Below are positions 39,190 to 49,649 of a stretch of DNA of 64,000 bases, piece after piece. Made by a program: the position numbers and the translations under genes. Source of the DNA: an uncultured delta proteobacterium (GTDB taxonomy: Bacteria; Desulfobacterota; Desulfobacteria; Desulfobacterales; UBA2156); the NCBI GenBank assembly GCA_963736855.1, contig CAVTQK010000009.1, positions 64,001-128,000 on the forward strand, in the 5' to 3' direction. The notes under the pieces are model-generated. The model was not told the DNA's origin and ran no database searches. It saw nothing but the letters and a program-made list of their open reading frames with translations. Position 1 is the stretch's first letter, and each line of letters opens with the position of its first letter.

Positions 39190-40211
39190 AGGGGGCGGCG
39201 TTAAGCGGTTTTACAGGGATGATGATGGCAAAGGGATCACCTGAAAAGACAAGGCGAGAGAGAGGAGCCCTTGGATGGCCGATCAGGAAGTGGTTGGTCG
39301 ATCATTTTGGGGACCGGGTGGCCTTCGACGAGCCCATGTCCCGGCACACTTCCTTTCGAGTGGGCGGCCCGGCCGACGCCTTTATTTCCCTTAGAGGGAT
39401 CCGGGAACTCACGATGATCGTGCGTTTTTGTAAGGAAAAGGGGATTCCGTATCTTGTCATCGGAGACGGGACCAACCTTTTGTTTACCGATGCGGGGATC
39501 CGGGGTGTGGTGATGACCCTTGCAGCGGGTTTTCGCGAAATCAAAATGATTAAAGACGAGGGTCTCGAGGTGACGGTTCAGGGTATGGCAGGGGTGCGCA
39601 CCCGGATGCTTTGCCGATTTGCAGTCAGGGAAGGATTTGCCGGGCTCAATTTTGCCGTGGGGATCCCCGGGACCGTGGGCGGGGCTCTCATGATGAACGC
39701 CGGAACCCCAAGGGGGTGCATGGCCGATGTGGTGGAGTGTGTCGAAATTTTTCATCCTGAAGGAAGAACAGAAAAATATCCGCGCCATGACCTGCACTTT
39801 GCCTACCGGAAAATGACTTGGGGTTCGGAACCGATCGCCGACAAAGGGAACTCCGTCATCATATCGGGCTTTTTTCGGCTCCGCCGATCCGATGCACGGC
39901 TTTTGAAGATCGAGGCCGACGCAATCCTTAAAGAGCGCAGGGAAAGACAGCCCTGGCGGTTGCCGAGCGCAGGATGTTTTTTCAAAAATCCGATCGGCGA
40001 TAAATCTGCCGGAAATCTCATCGACCGGGCAGGACTCAAAGGAAAGAGCATCGGCGGTGCCCAGGTGTCCAAAAGACATGCCAACTTCATTGTCAACACC
40101 GGCAAAGCCACCGCCTCGGATATACTGGCGCTGGCCGAAGAGATAGAAGAGACGGTGTCGAAGGTTTTCGGCGTGAAGCTTGAACCGGAGGTAAAGATCA
40201 TTGGATCCTAA
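39186..40211 (+). CDS. murB: UDP-N-acetylenolpyruvoylglucosamine reductase
   Basis: HTSFRVGGPA, GTNLL, IPGTVGGALMMNAG, SAGCFFKNP, HANFIVN, LEPEV. Confidence 0.96.
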   Translation: MKGAALSGFTGMMMAKGSPEKTRRERGALGWPIRKWLVDHFGDRVAFDEPMSRHTSFRVGGPADAFISLRGIRELTMIVRFCKEKGIPYLVIGDGTNLLFTDAGIRGVVMTLAAGFREIKMIKDEGLEVTVQGMAGVRTRMLCRFAVREGFAGLNFAVGIPGTVGGALMMNAGTPRGCMADVVECVEIFHPEGRTEKYPRHDLHFAYRKMTWGSEPIADKGNSVIISGFFRLRRSDARLLKIEADAILKERRERQPWRLPSAGCFFKNPIGDKSAGNLIDRAGLKGKSIGGAQVSKRHANFIVNTGKATASDILALAEEIEETVSKVFGVKLEPEVKIIGS

Positions 40212-41049
40212 ACTTAAAAAGAACCGTTACAGGGCCGATCGGAAAACCCAAAAGGAAAAGACCGGTCGCTTTTTCATCAACACCCTTTGGACGATTTTGG
40301 GGTTTTCCGGAGTCATCATCCTGAGTGCGGCGCTCATTTTCTTCCATGACCTGATCACCCAGGTAAGCTATTTCAAAGCAAAGACCATCGTGGTTGAAGG
40401 CAACCGGCAGCTTTCAAGGGAAATGGTACTCGAGCAGGCGCAGATCCGCATTGGGGAAAGTGTTCTCGCCCTGAACCTGAACGTGGCGAGGAAGCGCCTT
40501 GTGGGGCACCCCTGGATCGTTGATGCGACCGTAAAAAGACAGCTTCCGGATACGGTGGAAATCCGGATTCAGGAAGAAGCACCTCTGGCCCTCGTGGATC
40601 TCGGAAAGCTGTTTCTGATCAACAAGGAAGGGGAAATATTCAAAGAATGGTCCCCTTCCGACCCCGAAGATCTGCCGGTCATCCGAGGATTGGATTTCTC
40701 GGACATAAAAACCCCGGGTTCTTCCCCGAGTGCGGCATGGGAAGCGACTTTGGCCGTTTTAGAACTCGCGCAGACCCCTGACGCCATGATTCCCCTCCAC
40801 GTGGTCCGGTCTATTCATGCGGACCCTGAGACCGGGATCACCCTGTGCCTGTTTGATGGTGGGAAAGCGGTTCACATGGGGTTTGACCATTTTGCCGCCA
40901 AATTGCTGGGGCTCAGGCAGGCCCTTTTCCGGTTGAAGATGATCGAAACCATCGAAGATTTCGATGCCATCGACGTGATGGAAAAGGATCGGATCGTCGT
41001 GGTTCCTGTTCGGACCGGACAGGCGTCCGGAACCCACAAGGAGGCCTAA
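40201..41049 (+). CDS. ftsQ: Cell division protein FtsQ/DivIB
   Basis: Basic N-terminus, single TM, POTRA (VEGN...HPWI...VKRQLPDTVEIRIQE); lies before ftsA. Confidence 0.9.
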   Translation: MDPKLKKNRYRADRKTQKEKTGRFFINTLWTILGFSGVIILSAALIFFHDLITQVSYFKAKTIVVEGNRQLSREMVLEQAQIRIGESVLALNLNVARKRLVGHPWIVDATVKRQLPDTVEIRIQEEAPLALVDLGKLFLINKEGEIFKEWSPSDPEDLPVIRGLDFSDIKTPGSSPSAAWEATLAVLELAQTPDAMIPLHVVRSIHADPETGITLCLFDGGKAVHMGFDHFAAKLLGLRQALFRLKMIETIEDFDAIDVMEKDRIVVVPVRTGQASGTHKEA

Positions 41050-42276
41050 ATGCAGCGGGAAAAAGAGATTGTGGTCGGGCTGGACATCGGTACCACCAAA
41101 ATATGCGCTGTGGTGGGTGAAGTCGATGGGAAGGACATCAACATCGTGGGCATCGGCACACACCCTTCCGTCGGCCTGCGGAAAGGCGTTGTCGTCAACA
41201 TCGAGTCGACGGTGGAATCGATTAAAAAGGCCATCGAGGAAGCGGAGCTGATGGCCGGATGCGAAATTTCGTCCGTATATGCCGGGATCGCCGGGGGGCA
41301 TATCACCGGCTTCAACAGCCGGGGCATCATCGCCGTCAAAGGGTCCGAAATCACCCAGCATGACGTGGACCGGGTGGTGGAAGCAGCCCGTGCCGTAGCC
41401 ATTCCCATGGATCGGGAAGTCATCCACGTGATTCCCCAGGAATTCATCGTGGACGATCAGAACGGAATTCAGAACCCGGTGGGCATGTCGGGAGTTCGGC
41501 TGGAGACAAAGATCCACATCGTTACAGGCGCGGTGGCTTCCGCCCACAACATCGTCAAATGCGCCAACCGAGCCGGGCTCGATGTCTGCGATATCGTCTT
41601 GGAGCCGCTGGCCTCCGGGGAGGCGGTTTTGACGGAAGAGGAAAAGGATCTGGGTGGCGCGCTTCTGGACGTGGGCGGAGGGACCACGGACCTGGCGGTT
41701 TTTAAGAATAAAAATGTCAAGCACACCTTCGTTTTGGCCCTTGGGGGAAACAACATCACCAACGATATTGCCGTCGGACTTCGGGCGCCTATGGTTGAGG
41801 CGGAAAAGATCAAGCTTAAATATGGCATTAGTGTCGCGAAAAATGTGAAAACGGATGAGATGATCGAGGTCAGGGGGACTGGGACCCATGCACCTAGAAA
41901 ACTCCCACGGCAAATTCTGGCCGAGATCATCGAACCGCGGATGGAGGAAATCTTCAATATTGTGAAACGGGAGCTGTATCGGGCGGAGATGGAAAACGCC
42001 ATCACCTCCGGGATGGTGATCACCGGAGGTACGGCTCTTCTGGAAGGTGTGGTTGAGGTTGCGGAGTCCATTTTCAACACTCCTGTCCGGATCGGACGAC
42101 CCCAAGGTATCGGCGGGCTCACGGACGTGGTGAACAATCCCATGTATGCCACCGGTGTCGGACTGGTCAAGTACGGGGCGAAAAACATGAATCGAAAAAA
42201 GTTCAGGATCCGGGATCAAAATATTTTCAACCGGATCATGGATCGGATGCGGAGATGGTTTAAGGATGTTATCTGA
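41050..42276 (+). CDS. ftsA: Cell division protein FtsA
   Basis: GLDIGTTK, GLRKGVVVNI, DVGGGTTD, ITGG, C-terminal amphipathic RMRRWF. Confidence 0.98.
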   Translation: MQREKEIVVGLDIGTTKICAVVGEVDGKDINIVGIGTHPSVGLRKGVVVNIESTVESIKKAIEEAELMAGCEISSVYAGIAGGHITGFNSRGIIAVKGSEITQHDVDRVVEAARAVAIPMDREVIHVIPQEFIVDDQNGIQNPVGMSGVRLETKIHIVTGAVASAHNIVKCANRAGLDVCDIVLEPLASGEAVLTEEEKDLGGALLDVGGGTTDLAVFKNKNVKHTFVLALGGNNITNDIAVGLRAPMVEAEKIKLKYGISVAKNVKTDEMIEVRGTGTHAPRKLPRQILAEIIEPRMEEIFNIVKRELYRAEMENAITSGMVITGGTALLEGVVEVAESIFNTPVRIGRPQGIGGLTDVVNNPMYATGVGLVKYGAKNMNRKKFRIRDQNIFNRIMDRMRRWFKDVI

Positions 42277-42311
42277 AAATGAATCCGGAAACAGATCAAG
42301 GAGGTGGGGAA

Positions 42312-43499
42312 ATGATGTTTAATTTTGTGGAAAGCTCGAAGTCCGCCAAGATCAAGGTCATCGGGGTGGGCGGCGGGGGGGGGAACGCCATCAACAACAT
42401 GATTTCGTCCAACCTGAAGGGTGTGGAATTCATCGCGGCCAATACCGACTGCCAGGCCCTGGATGTGTCCAAAGCGCCCATCAAGATCCAGATGGGGGAA
42501 TGCCTCACTCAGGGGCTCGGCGCGGGTGCGAATCCCCAGTTGGGACGAGAGGCCGCCTTGGAAACCTGGGACACCATCAAAAACACCCTCGATGGAAGTC
42601 ACATGGTTTTTATCACGGCCGGATTCGGAGGCGGGACCGGCACCGGTGCCGCTCCGGTCATTGCCGAAATCTGCAAGGAAATCGGTGCGCTGACTGTGGC
42701 TGTGGTGACGAAACCCTTCTCTTTCGAAGGAAAAAAACGTGCCAAGCAGGCGGAAGAAGGAATCGAGAAGCTCAAAGGTGTGGCCGACACAGTGATCACC
42801 ATCCCCAATGACCGGCTTCGGGGGATCGCCCCCCGGAATGCCACTCTGCTGGACATGTTCAGAAAGGCCGACGAGATTTTGTTGCACTCCGTCAAAGGGA
42901 TCACGGATCTCATCATGGTGCCCGGCCTGATCAATCTGGACTTTGCCGATGTCCGGACCACCATGTCCAAAGCTGGAATGGCCATCATGGGGATCGGTTT
43001 CGCCACTGGAGAGAATCGAGCGATTCTGGCCGCCGAGAACGCCATCTCCCACCCGCTGCTGGAGGACATTTCAATTTCGGGCGCCAGGGGGGTCTTGATG
43101 AATATCTCTTCCTCAACGGGCCTGACCCTGGAGGAGACAACCGAGGCTTCCGAACGGATCTACAAGGAAGTGGGCGAGGATGCTGAAATCATCTGGGGCG
43201 CCGTTCTGGACGACAGCCTGGGAGATGAGATGCGGGTGACCGTGATCGCCACAGGCATCGGGATGGAAGTGATCCCGGCCCGGCAGGAAAAGATCGAAAC
43301 CCATTCTCCTAAAGGTCGTATCCGGGATGTGACTTCTACCGACCTGAAACACAGTGTGGATTTCGACCGGCCCACTTTTATTCGGGTCAAAGAAGCCTCC
43401 GGTGAGGCTTCCGGGGCGGTGTACCGGGGATACAAAGGCCTGATCATCGACAACGGCGACCTCGAAGTCCCCACGTTTTTACGAAAGAAAGCGGATTAG
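42312..43499 (+). CDS. ftsZ: Cell division protein FtsZ
   Basis: GVGGGGGNA, GGGTGTGAAP, INLDFADV, C-terminal LEVPTFLRK; start after GGAGG RBS. Confidence 0.99.
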   Translation: MMFNFVESSKSAKIKVIGVGGGGGNAINNMISSNLKGVEFIAANTDCQALDVSKAPIKIQMGECLTQGLGAGANPQLGREAALETWDTIKNTLDGSHMVFITAGFGGGTGTGAAPVIAEICKEIGALTVAVVTKPFSFEGKKRAKQAEEGIEKLKGVADTVITIPNDRLRGIAPRNATLLDMFRKADEILLHSVKGITDLIMVPGLINLDFADVRTTMSKAGMAIMGIGFATGENRAILAAENAISHPLLEDISISGARGVLMNISSSTGLTLEETTEASERIYKEVGEDAEIIWGAVLDDSLGDEMRVTVIATGIGMEVIPARQEKIETHSPKGRIRDVTSTDLKHSVDFDRPTFIRVKEASGEASGAVYRGYKGLIIDNGDLEVPTFLRKKAD

Positions 43500-43591
43500 A
43501 ACCGTCCGCGCTCCTGGTTTGAGTTTAATGGCGGGTTCATAGGGCACCCTGAGGGAGTCGGTGATTCGAAGCGGTCAAGGAATGGATTTAC

Positions 43592-45307
43592 ATGACGGGA
43601 AAGGCAAAGCGCTTTGCGCCCGAAGAAGTCGGAGCCGTCCGAAAACCCGACACCATCGGGATCCATGTGGCTCTGGTATATCCCAATCGTTATTTCCTTG
43701 GGATGTCGAGCCTCGGCTTTCAAGCTGTATATGCCCTGTTCAACGCACACCCGTATGTTTTCTGTGAACGGGCGTTTTATCCGGAGCCGGACGCTCCGGA
43801 AAACGCCAGGATCCGAACCCTGGAGACGCAACGACCGATTTCAGATGTCGACATTATCGCTTTTTCGGTTTCATTTGAAAACGACTATCCCAACCTCCTG
43901 TCCATCCTTCAACAGGCCGGACTCCCCCTGCGATCCACCGAGAGATCCTTCCCCCACCCCTTGGTGGTTGCAGGAGGAGTCGCCGGCTTCCTGAATCCTG
44001 AACCCATCGCGTCTTTCATCGACTGTTTCTTGATCGGAGAAGCAGAAGAAATCGCGCCCCATTTCTTTGCCTGTTTTTCGGATTCCGGATCCACAGTATT
44101 GAAAGATCGGGAGTCTTTTTTGCTGCGCATGGCTCGGGAAGTGCCCGGTGCCTACGTCCCTCGGTTCTATGAACCGTCATACCGACAGGACGGCACTCTG
44201 GAAGCCTTTCAACCGAACGCCGATGTGCCCGAAAAAATTCGCAGGGTTTATTCCAGGGACCTTTCCCGGCATCCGGCACACAGCGTTATCGTGACGCCGG
44301 ATACGACTTTCGGCCGTTCCTTCCTTTTGGAAGTGAGTCGGGGATGTCCCCATGGGTGTCGATTTTGTGCCGCCGGGTACGTCTACCGACCGCCTCGCTT
44401 TCAGAGTGTGGAATCTTTGCAGGGGTCCATCGAGTCGGCAAAAGGTTTGACGGATAAAGTCGGCCTGGTGGGCGCGGCGGTTTCGGACCATCCCGAGATC
44501 GATGCGATCTGCGCAGATATCCTGGTACGCGGCATGGAGGCCGGTTTCAGTTCGTTGAGGGCCGACGCCCTGACCGGGTCGATCTTTGCCCTCCTGAAAA
44601 AAAGCAAAACCAAGACGGCCACAATAGCACCGGATGCAGGCTCCGAGCGGATGCGGACCGTGATCAACAAGGGGATGACCGAGGTGCAGATCCTCGACGC
44701 GGCCCAAGCCCTGGTAGAAAACGACATCCTGAATCTGAAGCTGTATTTCATGGTAGGGCTTCCCACGGAAACCATGGAGGATGTGGAAGCCATTGTGGAT
44801 TTATGCAAGCATATCAAGCACCGGTTCCTCAAGGCCAGCCGATCCAAGGGACGCATGGGAACCATTACGGTGAGCCTGAATTCCTTTGTGCCCAAACCGT
44901 TTACCCCGTTTCAGTGGTCACCGATGGACTCGGTTGGAATACTGAAGGAAAAGATCAGGAAGGTGAAAAGCGGGTTGGGTAAAGTGTCCAACATCCGGGT
45001 TCATGCGGATGTTCCCCGGTGGGCCCTTGTCCAGGGGCTCCTTTCATTGGGGGATCGGCGGGTTTCGGAAGTTCTGGTTTTCGTGCATGAAAACCAGGGG
45101 AATTGGTCTCAGACCCTTAAAACCTCCCCCATCAACCCCGGATTCTATGTTCACCGGCAAAAAGATCTCGGTGAACTCCTCCCCTGGGATTTCATCGATC
45201 ATGGCATTCAAAAGGAATTCCTGAAAAGGGAATTTCGAAGGGCCATGGAGGCAAAACCGTCGCCGCCGTGCCCCATGGAATCCTGCCATGCCTGCGGGGT
45301 CTGTTAA
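43592..45307 (+). CDS. Radical SAM protein (TIGR03960-like, B12-binding-like N-terminus)
   Basis: YPNRYFLGMSSLGFQ, EVSRGCPHGCRFC (CxxxCxxC), YFMVGLPTE, FVPKPFTPFQW, C-terminal CxxxxCxxCGVC. Confidence 0.88.
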   Translation: MTGKAKRFAPEEVGAVRKPDTIGIHVALVYPNRYFLGMSSLGFQAVYALFNAHPYVFCERAFYPEPDAPENARIRTLETQRPISDVDIIAFSVSFENDYPNLLSILQQAGLPLRSTERSFPHPLVVAGGVAGFLNPEPIASFIDCFLIGEAEEIAPHFFACFSDSGSTVLKDRESFLLRMAREVPGAYVPRFYEPSYRQDGTLEAFQPNADVPEKIRRVYSRDLSRHPAHSVIVTPDTTFGRSFLLEVSRGCPHGCRFCAAGYVYRPPRFQSVESLQGSIESAKGLTDKVGLVGAAVSDHPEIDAICADILVRGMEAGFSSLRADALTGSIFALLKKSKTKTATIAPDAGSERMRTVINKGMTEVQILDAAQALVENDILNLKLYFMVGLPTETMEDVEAIVDLCKHIKHRFLKASRSKGRMGTITVSLNSFVPKPFTPFQWSPMDSVGILKEKIRKVKSGLGKVSNIRVHADVPRWALVQGLLSLGDRRVSEVLVFVHENQGNWSQTLKTSPINPGFYVHRQKDLGELLPWDFIDHGIQKEFLKREFRRAMEAKPSPPCPMESCHACGVC

Positions 45308-45313
45308 ATCGCT

Positions 45314-46261
45314 CTAGTGCCGAATCGGGACAATGAATTGTGTCCCGGCTTTCCCTTCCAGCGCTTTTTCGATGGCGTCGATGGAAGTGATCATGGCCCT
45401 TTTCCCGCTGTTTTTTAAGAATCGGATGCAGGCATCCACCTTCGGTCCCATGGACCCGGCGGGAAATTGCCCGGCAACCAAATATTGCTCGGCTTTTTCG
45501 AGGGTCACCTTTTTCAGAAACCTTACCCGTTCCGTGCAAAAGTCAAGCGCCGCGCCGGGGACATCGGTGGCGATGACGAAGATGTCAACCCCCACTTCTT
45601 CGGCAAGCTTTGCGGAAGCCAGATCCTTATCGATCACGGCGTCCACCCCGGAAAAGGCACGCCCTTCCCGGATGACCGGAATCCCGCCGCCTCCGCAGCA
45701 GATGACGATGAAGTCCTCCTCGATCAGGCGCCGGATCTCCCGTTTTTCCACGATGGTCACAGGCCTGGGGGAAACCACCGCGCGACGATACCCCTTCGGG
45801 GTTTTGATGATGGGATATCCGGAAGGCGCATCCTTTTTCCTTTTATAAATGGGGCCGATGGGCTTGGTGGGTGAGGAAAACGCCGGGTCCTTCGGGTCCA
45901 CCACTACGTAGCTGATGAGACTCACCAGCGGATGGAAGGGAATTCCCAGTTCCATGAGGTGGCTGTCCAGGGTGGATTCGATCATGTAACCGATCCATCC
46001 CTGGGTCTGGGCCACCAGGATCTCCAAGGGGAGTTTCGGAACCGATGGGCAGCTTTCCTGCTGCAAGAGAAGGCTTCCCACCTGGGGGGCGTTGCCGTGG
46101 GTGATGATGATCTTATGGGTTGTCGAAAGACGGGCGATCTGGCGGATGGGAACGGCGAGGTTTTGAAATTGCTGGGAAAGGGTTCCTTTTTGTCCTTTTC
46201 GGATCAGGGCGTTTCCGCCCAGGGCCACCAGGAGCACCGGCTTTCGCATTGGGTTTTTCAT
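45314..46261 (-). CDS. arcC: Carbamate kinase
   Basis: ALGGNAL, THGNAPQVG, PTKPIGP, GGGGIPV, AVIDKD, GSMGPKV. Confidence 0.93.
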   Translation of the reverse strand: MKNPMRKPVLLVALGGNALIRKGQKGTLSQQFQNLAVPIRQIARLSTTHKIIITHGNAPQVGSLLLQQESCPSVPKLPLEILVAQTQGWIGYMIESTLDSHLMELGIPFHPLVSLISYVVVDPKDPAFSSPTKPIGPIYKRKKDAPSGYPIIKTPKGYRRAVVSPRPVTIVEKREIRRLIEEDFIVICCGGGGIPVIREGRAFSGVDAVIDKDLASAKLAEEVGVDIFVIATDVPGAALDFCTERVRFLKKVTLEKAEQYLVAGQFPAGSMGPKVDACIRFLKNSGKRAMITSIDAIEKALEGKAGTQFIVPIRH

Positions 46262-46276
46262 CCGGCTTTGATGCTT

Positions 46277-46444
46277 TTATGTGGGGCGGCCCATGGGGTC
46301 GAGACCTTCAATAAATTTCCTGAACCAGGGTGGATTGGCAATGAGGATGTAGGCCATAAAGAAAGCGGTCAGGGGCAGGAAAAAGACGGCCAGATCCACT
46401 GTTACGATGACCAGGGCAAGCAGGAATCGCTGAATTTTGCTCAT
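46277..46444 (-). CDS. Small membrane protein (55 aa), absent from ORF track
   Basis: MSKIQRFLLALVIVTVDLAVFFLPLTAFFMAYILIANPPWFRKFIEGLDPMGRPT*; fits tightly between the DUF4124 gene and arcC on the same strand. Confidence 0.65.
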   Translation of the reverse strand: MSKIQRFLLALVIVTVDLAVFFLPLTAFFMAYILIANPPWFRKFIEGLDPMGRPT

Positions 46445-46465
46445 TAAAACTTTCTTGAAAACGGG

Positions 46466-46918
46466 TTAAGGCTTTTTTTCGTCCTGCTCCGGTTCGATGC
46501 CCTCTTGGACCTGCTGGGCTTTGATCCGGCGCTCCATTTGTCTTTGTTTGTCGGTGCTTTTCCGAATCTCAAGTTTGTTTTTCAGCCGGGTCATGGTTTC
46601 GGAATCCGGCGGTTTCGGAGTTTCAGGCGACTTGGTTGCCTCGGTTTTGGTTTCGGTTTTTTTAGTTTGAACCGGGGCCTCCGAAGACTCCGAGGGTTTT
46701 TCTTCCCCAGGTTTTACTTCCGCATCTTCAGGGGCAATTTCCGTGGGAATCTCCTGGAACTGTTGGATATCCCGGGCGCCTTCGGGAGGAGAACTATTGG
46801 AGAAATGGACAATCCCCTTTTCGTCGACCCAGCGGTAGACATCGGCGATGGTATTTGATGGAAAGAGAATGAGAAATGAGATCAGGGCTGATAAATGGAT
46901 CAAAAACCGGATGGTCAA
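46466..46918 (-). CDS. DUF4124-domain secreted protein
   Basis: Signal peptide then ADVYRWVDEKGIVHFSNSSPP, followed by low-complexity linker and charged helix. Confidence 0.88.
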   Translation of the reverse strand: MTIRFLIHLSALISFLILFPSNTIADVYRWVDEKGIVHFSNSSPPEGARDIQQFQEIPTEIAPEDAEVKPGEEKPSESSEAPVQTKKTETKTEATKSPETPKPPDSETMTRLKNKLEIRKSTDKQRQMERRIKAQQVQEGIEPEQDEKKP

Positions 46919-47184
46919 TCGATTTGATCTCAGTTACGGCTCTATATTGAAAATTTTTCTTTGAGACATCGATCAGATCATGATATTAGGAAAACTCAAC
47001 CATTATTTTATATGAATTTAGAAGGGTTAAGTCAAGAGATTTTTAGGCAAAAAGGTGTTTTTTCGGAAATACAAAATTTGAAGATTTATAAAAAAATATT
47101 GACAAAAATACAGGATTAGGGTTTTAAAAGTTATTTTGATTTCATGCCCTTTCCACGGATACAAATCTTTTCCGGGGACTGAAA

Positions 47185-48660
47185 ATGAAAAAATGGTTTT
47201 TCGCCATACCCCTGAAAAACCATACTCAATGTTTTCGTCAACTTTATGCTAAAATGACAGGGCGGCTCCCTTTTTGCCGTCTTTTCTTTTTATCCCTAGT
47301 CCTTATGCCGATTCTGGCCGCAACGGTGCCTTCCTGGGCAGACCTGGCGGCGCCGTATGGCCTTTCACCCCAAAAATGGGGGAATCCTGGTGACTTTAGA
47401 TGTACGCCTTTCTTGGGTCATCGATCCGGCGAAGTGCGACAACTTTACTGTCTCGAGATTTATCAAGATGGCATCGTCGATTTGCAGCAGCCGATTTTTG
47501 CCGATAAAGCGGATGGGTTGAATTATTCCTTAAAAACGGTGAACGCTTCTGTGAAGCTTGCTGGAAATACGACGTATCAATGGAGGGTGGGGGCTTGCGG
47601 TAAAGATTTTTGTGACGGGGACGATTGTGAATGGTCGGATAATAATTTCTTTTACGACCCCTCCGGAATGTAACAAAACCCGTGACCGGGATTGCGACGG
47701 GATCCCGGACGATGTGGAGAGCAAACATTTTAAGACCGACCCTAATAAGAGGACTCTTTTCGTCAAACCTCTTCATAAATCGGAAAAAAATTCGTCGCGC
47801 GGAATTCTGGGAAGAAGTTCAAAACGCTTTTTCCGGGCAGCAGGGGCGGCCGGGTGAAAATTCCTGCATTTGAGGATGCCAACATCGAGGTGGTCGTCAT
47901 CGGGGATGCAGAAAATGAATCGGAATTTCTAAAGGACAGAGAACTATAAACCCGAGGATCATCCGGACTGGCCCTGTGATATCCTTGAGATCACACTGAT
48001 AAAGAATAAATTTGGTGATAACGATGGGCATATTTTTTTGCTCGATACCAGATGGACCTGGAGCAGGAAAGGATGGTCAAGCGAGTTCGGACCTCTGGGT
48101 GAATATGGTGAACCGGAACTTTATGGGATTCCTCTGGAAAACTACTTTAGAGAGGGACCTTATGAACAAATTGGGGAAGGGATGATGCCGGTTATAGACA
48201 TTCAAACAAGTATTTAACGAATTGTCAAATGGCTCCTTCCTTGTGCGACAAGTCCAGTGTTCTCAACCTAAACCAGAACGATTCGCGCCCCGCTAATGGA
48301 ACATTTTCCGGCAGACCGGACGATACGGTAGAATTCAATGCAATAACCCTGGACGTTGATGGAAAAATTGTGAAGATCGATTTCGAAAAGACCCCGGGGA
48401 AACCTTATACACGCGACAAAGTATTGGCGCGCACGATCGTTCACGAGATGGGCCATGCTCTTCTCGGCCCGCAACACTGCAATAACCCATATTGCATCAT
48501 GTATGAAAAAACCCTGGATTGGGAGCAGCGCCTTTTCGGCAGATGCCTGGAACAAGATCCCTGTAATTCGAGCACCTGCTTCCATAGCCCAGGGGAATCG
48601 CGTGACATTCGACGCGACGGGGTGATTCACAACCGTTCCCATCCCCCACACGGGCCATAG
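47185..48660 (+). CDS. Secreted zincin metalloprotease-like protein with FN3-like and DxDxDG segments (several frameshifts)
   Basis: Stitched frames: signal peptide (PSWA-D), NTTYQWRVGAC...WS..FFTT (FN3-like end), DRDCDGIPDDVE, ...IVHEMGHALLGPQHCNNPYCIM. Confidence 0.65.
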
Positions 48661-49634
48661 GTGTTGAAATGGATCTCCAAGCGCATATTGAATTTAAGCC
48701 TGATCTTCTGGATTTGCCTTTTCGGGTGGATCCATCAGGCAGTCGCGGAAATTCGTGTGGAACTGGATTTGAGCAATGGGAAGGGCCCTTATTCATGCGC
48801 AGACAGCGTTGGCGTTTTGATCCGCGTCAGAAACGGCCCGTCCGATCTCTTTGTCAATAAAAGTTTGTTGGAGAAGCGTTTTTTTCTCAATATGCTCATT
48901 ATCGACCCGGCCGGAAGATCCCTGATTCCAAAGTGGACGGAACCGAGCAAGAATTACCCCGATGCCCCACCGGTTCCCTTTCTGCTGAACTCCCGATCAA
49001 AGCCGGCGCCTGCCTCCGAATGTGTGAAATTCGGGGAAAACGAAGTTTTGACCGAAAAGACATGCGAATTGGGCGATTACTACAATCTCGAACTGCCTGG
49101 AAGATATGTCGCCCAGGTTCATCTTTCCATCATGGAATTTAGAGGGCAAATCGGGAAGGAAAAGGGCTATTGCAGCCTTGAGGACTTCAGGTGGTCGGGA
49201 GTATTGAAATCCAGCGCCCGGGAATTTTTTATTCAAAACAGAACCCCGATCCGGATCATTCCCGGCGTATGGTCTATTGATTGGAGGGATAATGAAAGGA
49301 TTACGATTCAAATTCCCATCCCAAACGGAAAGCGAATTCGAACCCAGAATCGGGTTGAAAAGTAACAATACAACAAACTGGATTGATGCAAAGGAGGTCT
49401 CGTTTACAAAGGCCGCTGTATATGGCGCCAGGCAGAATCTACAGGAAGATGCTGGAAGCCAAACCCACCCTCAAAAAATGCAGAGAAAGTCTTATTAAAC
49501 CTCCTGAACCGGATCGATGTCAAACAATTATCGGAGTAGCACCTGAACCGGATCATTCTTATCGCTTGACCGTGTTAGTAAAAGAGGTGGGCGGTGCTGA
49601 TCTCTGTGGAAGTCAGAGAATAACGTTCAAATAA
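48661..49634 (+). CDS. Secreted hypothetical beta-rich protein (frameshifts near 49325 and 49430)
   Basis: Starts immediately after the protease stop; signal peptide (QAVA-E); ORF 48661-49365 continues in overlapping ORFs to 49634. Confidence 0.55.
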
Positions 49635-49649
49635 AAAGATGGGAGGGAA

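Noticed and set aside
40759..42219. Long antisense ORFs (e.g. 486 aa opposite ftsA, 358 aa opposite dctP, 280 aa opposite murB)
   Set aside because: Shadow frames of well-conserved GC-rich genes with no recognisable motifs
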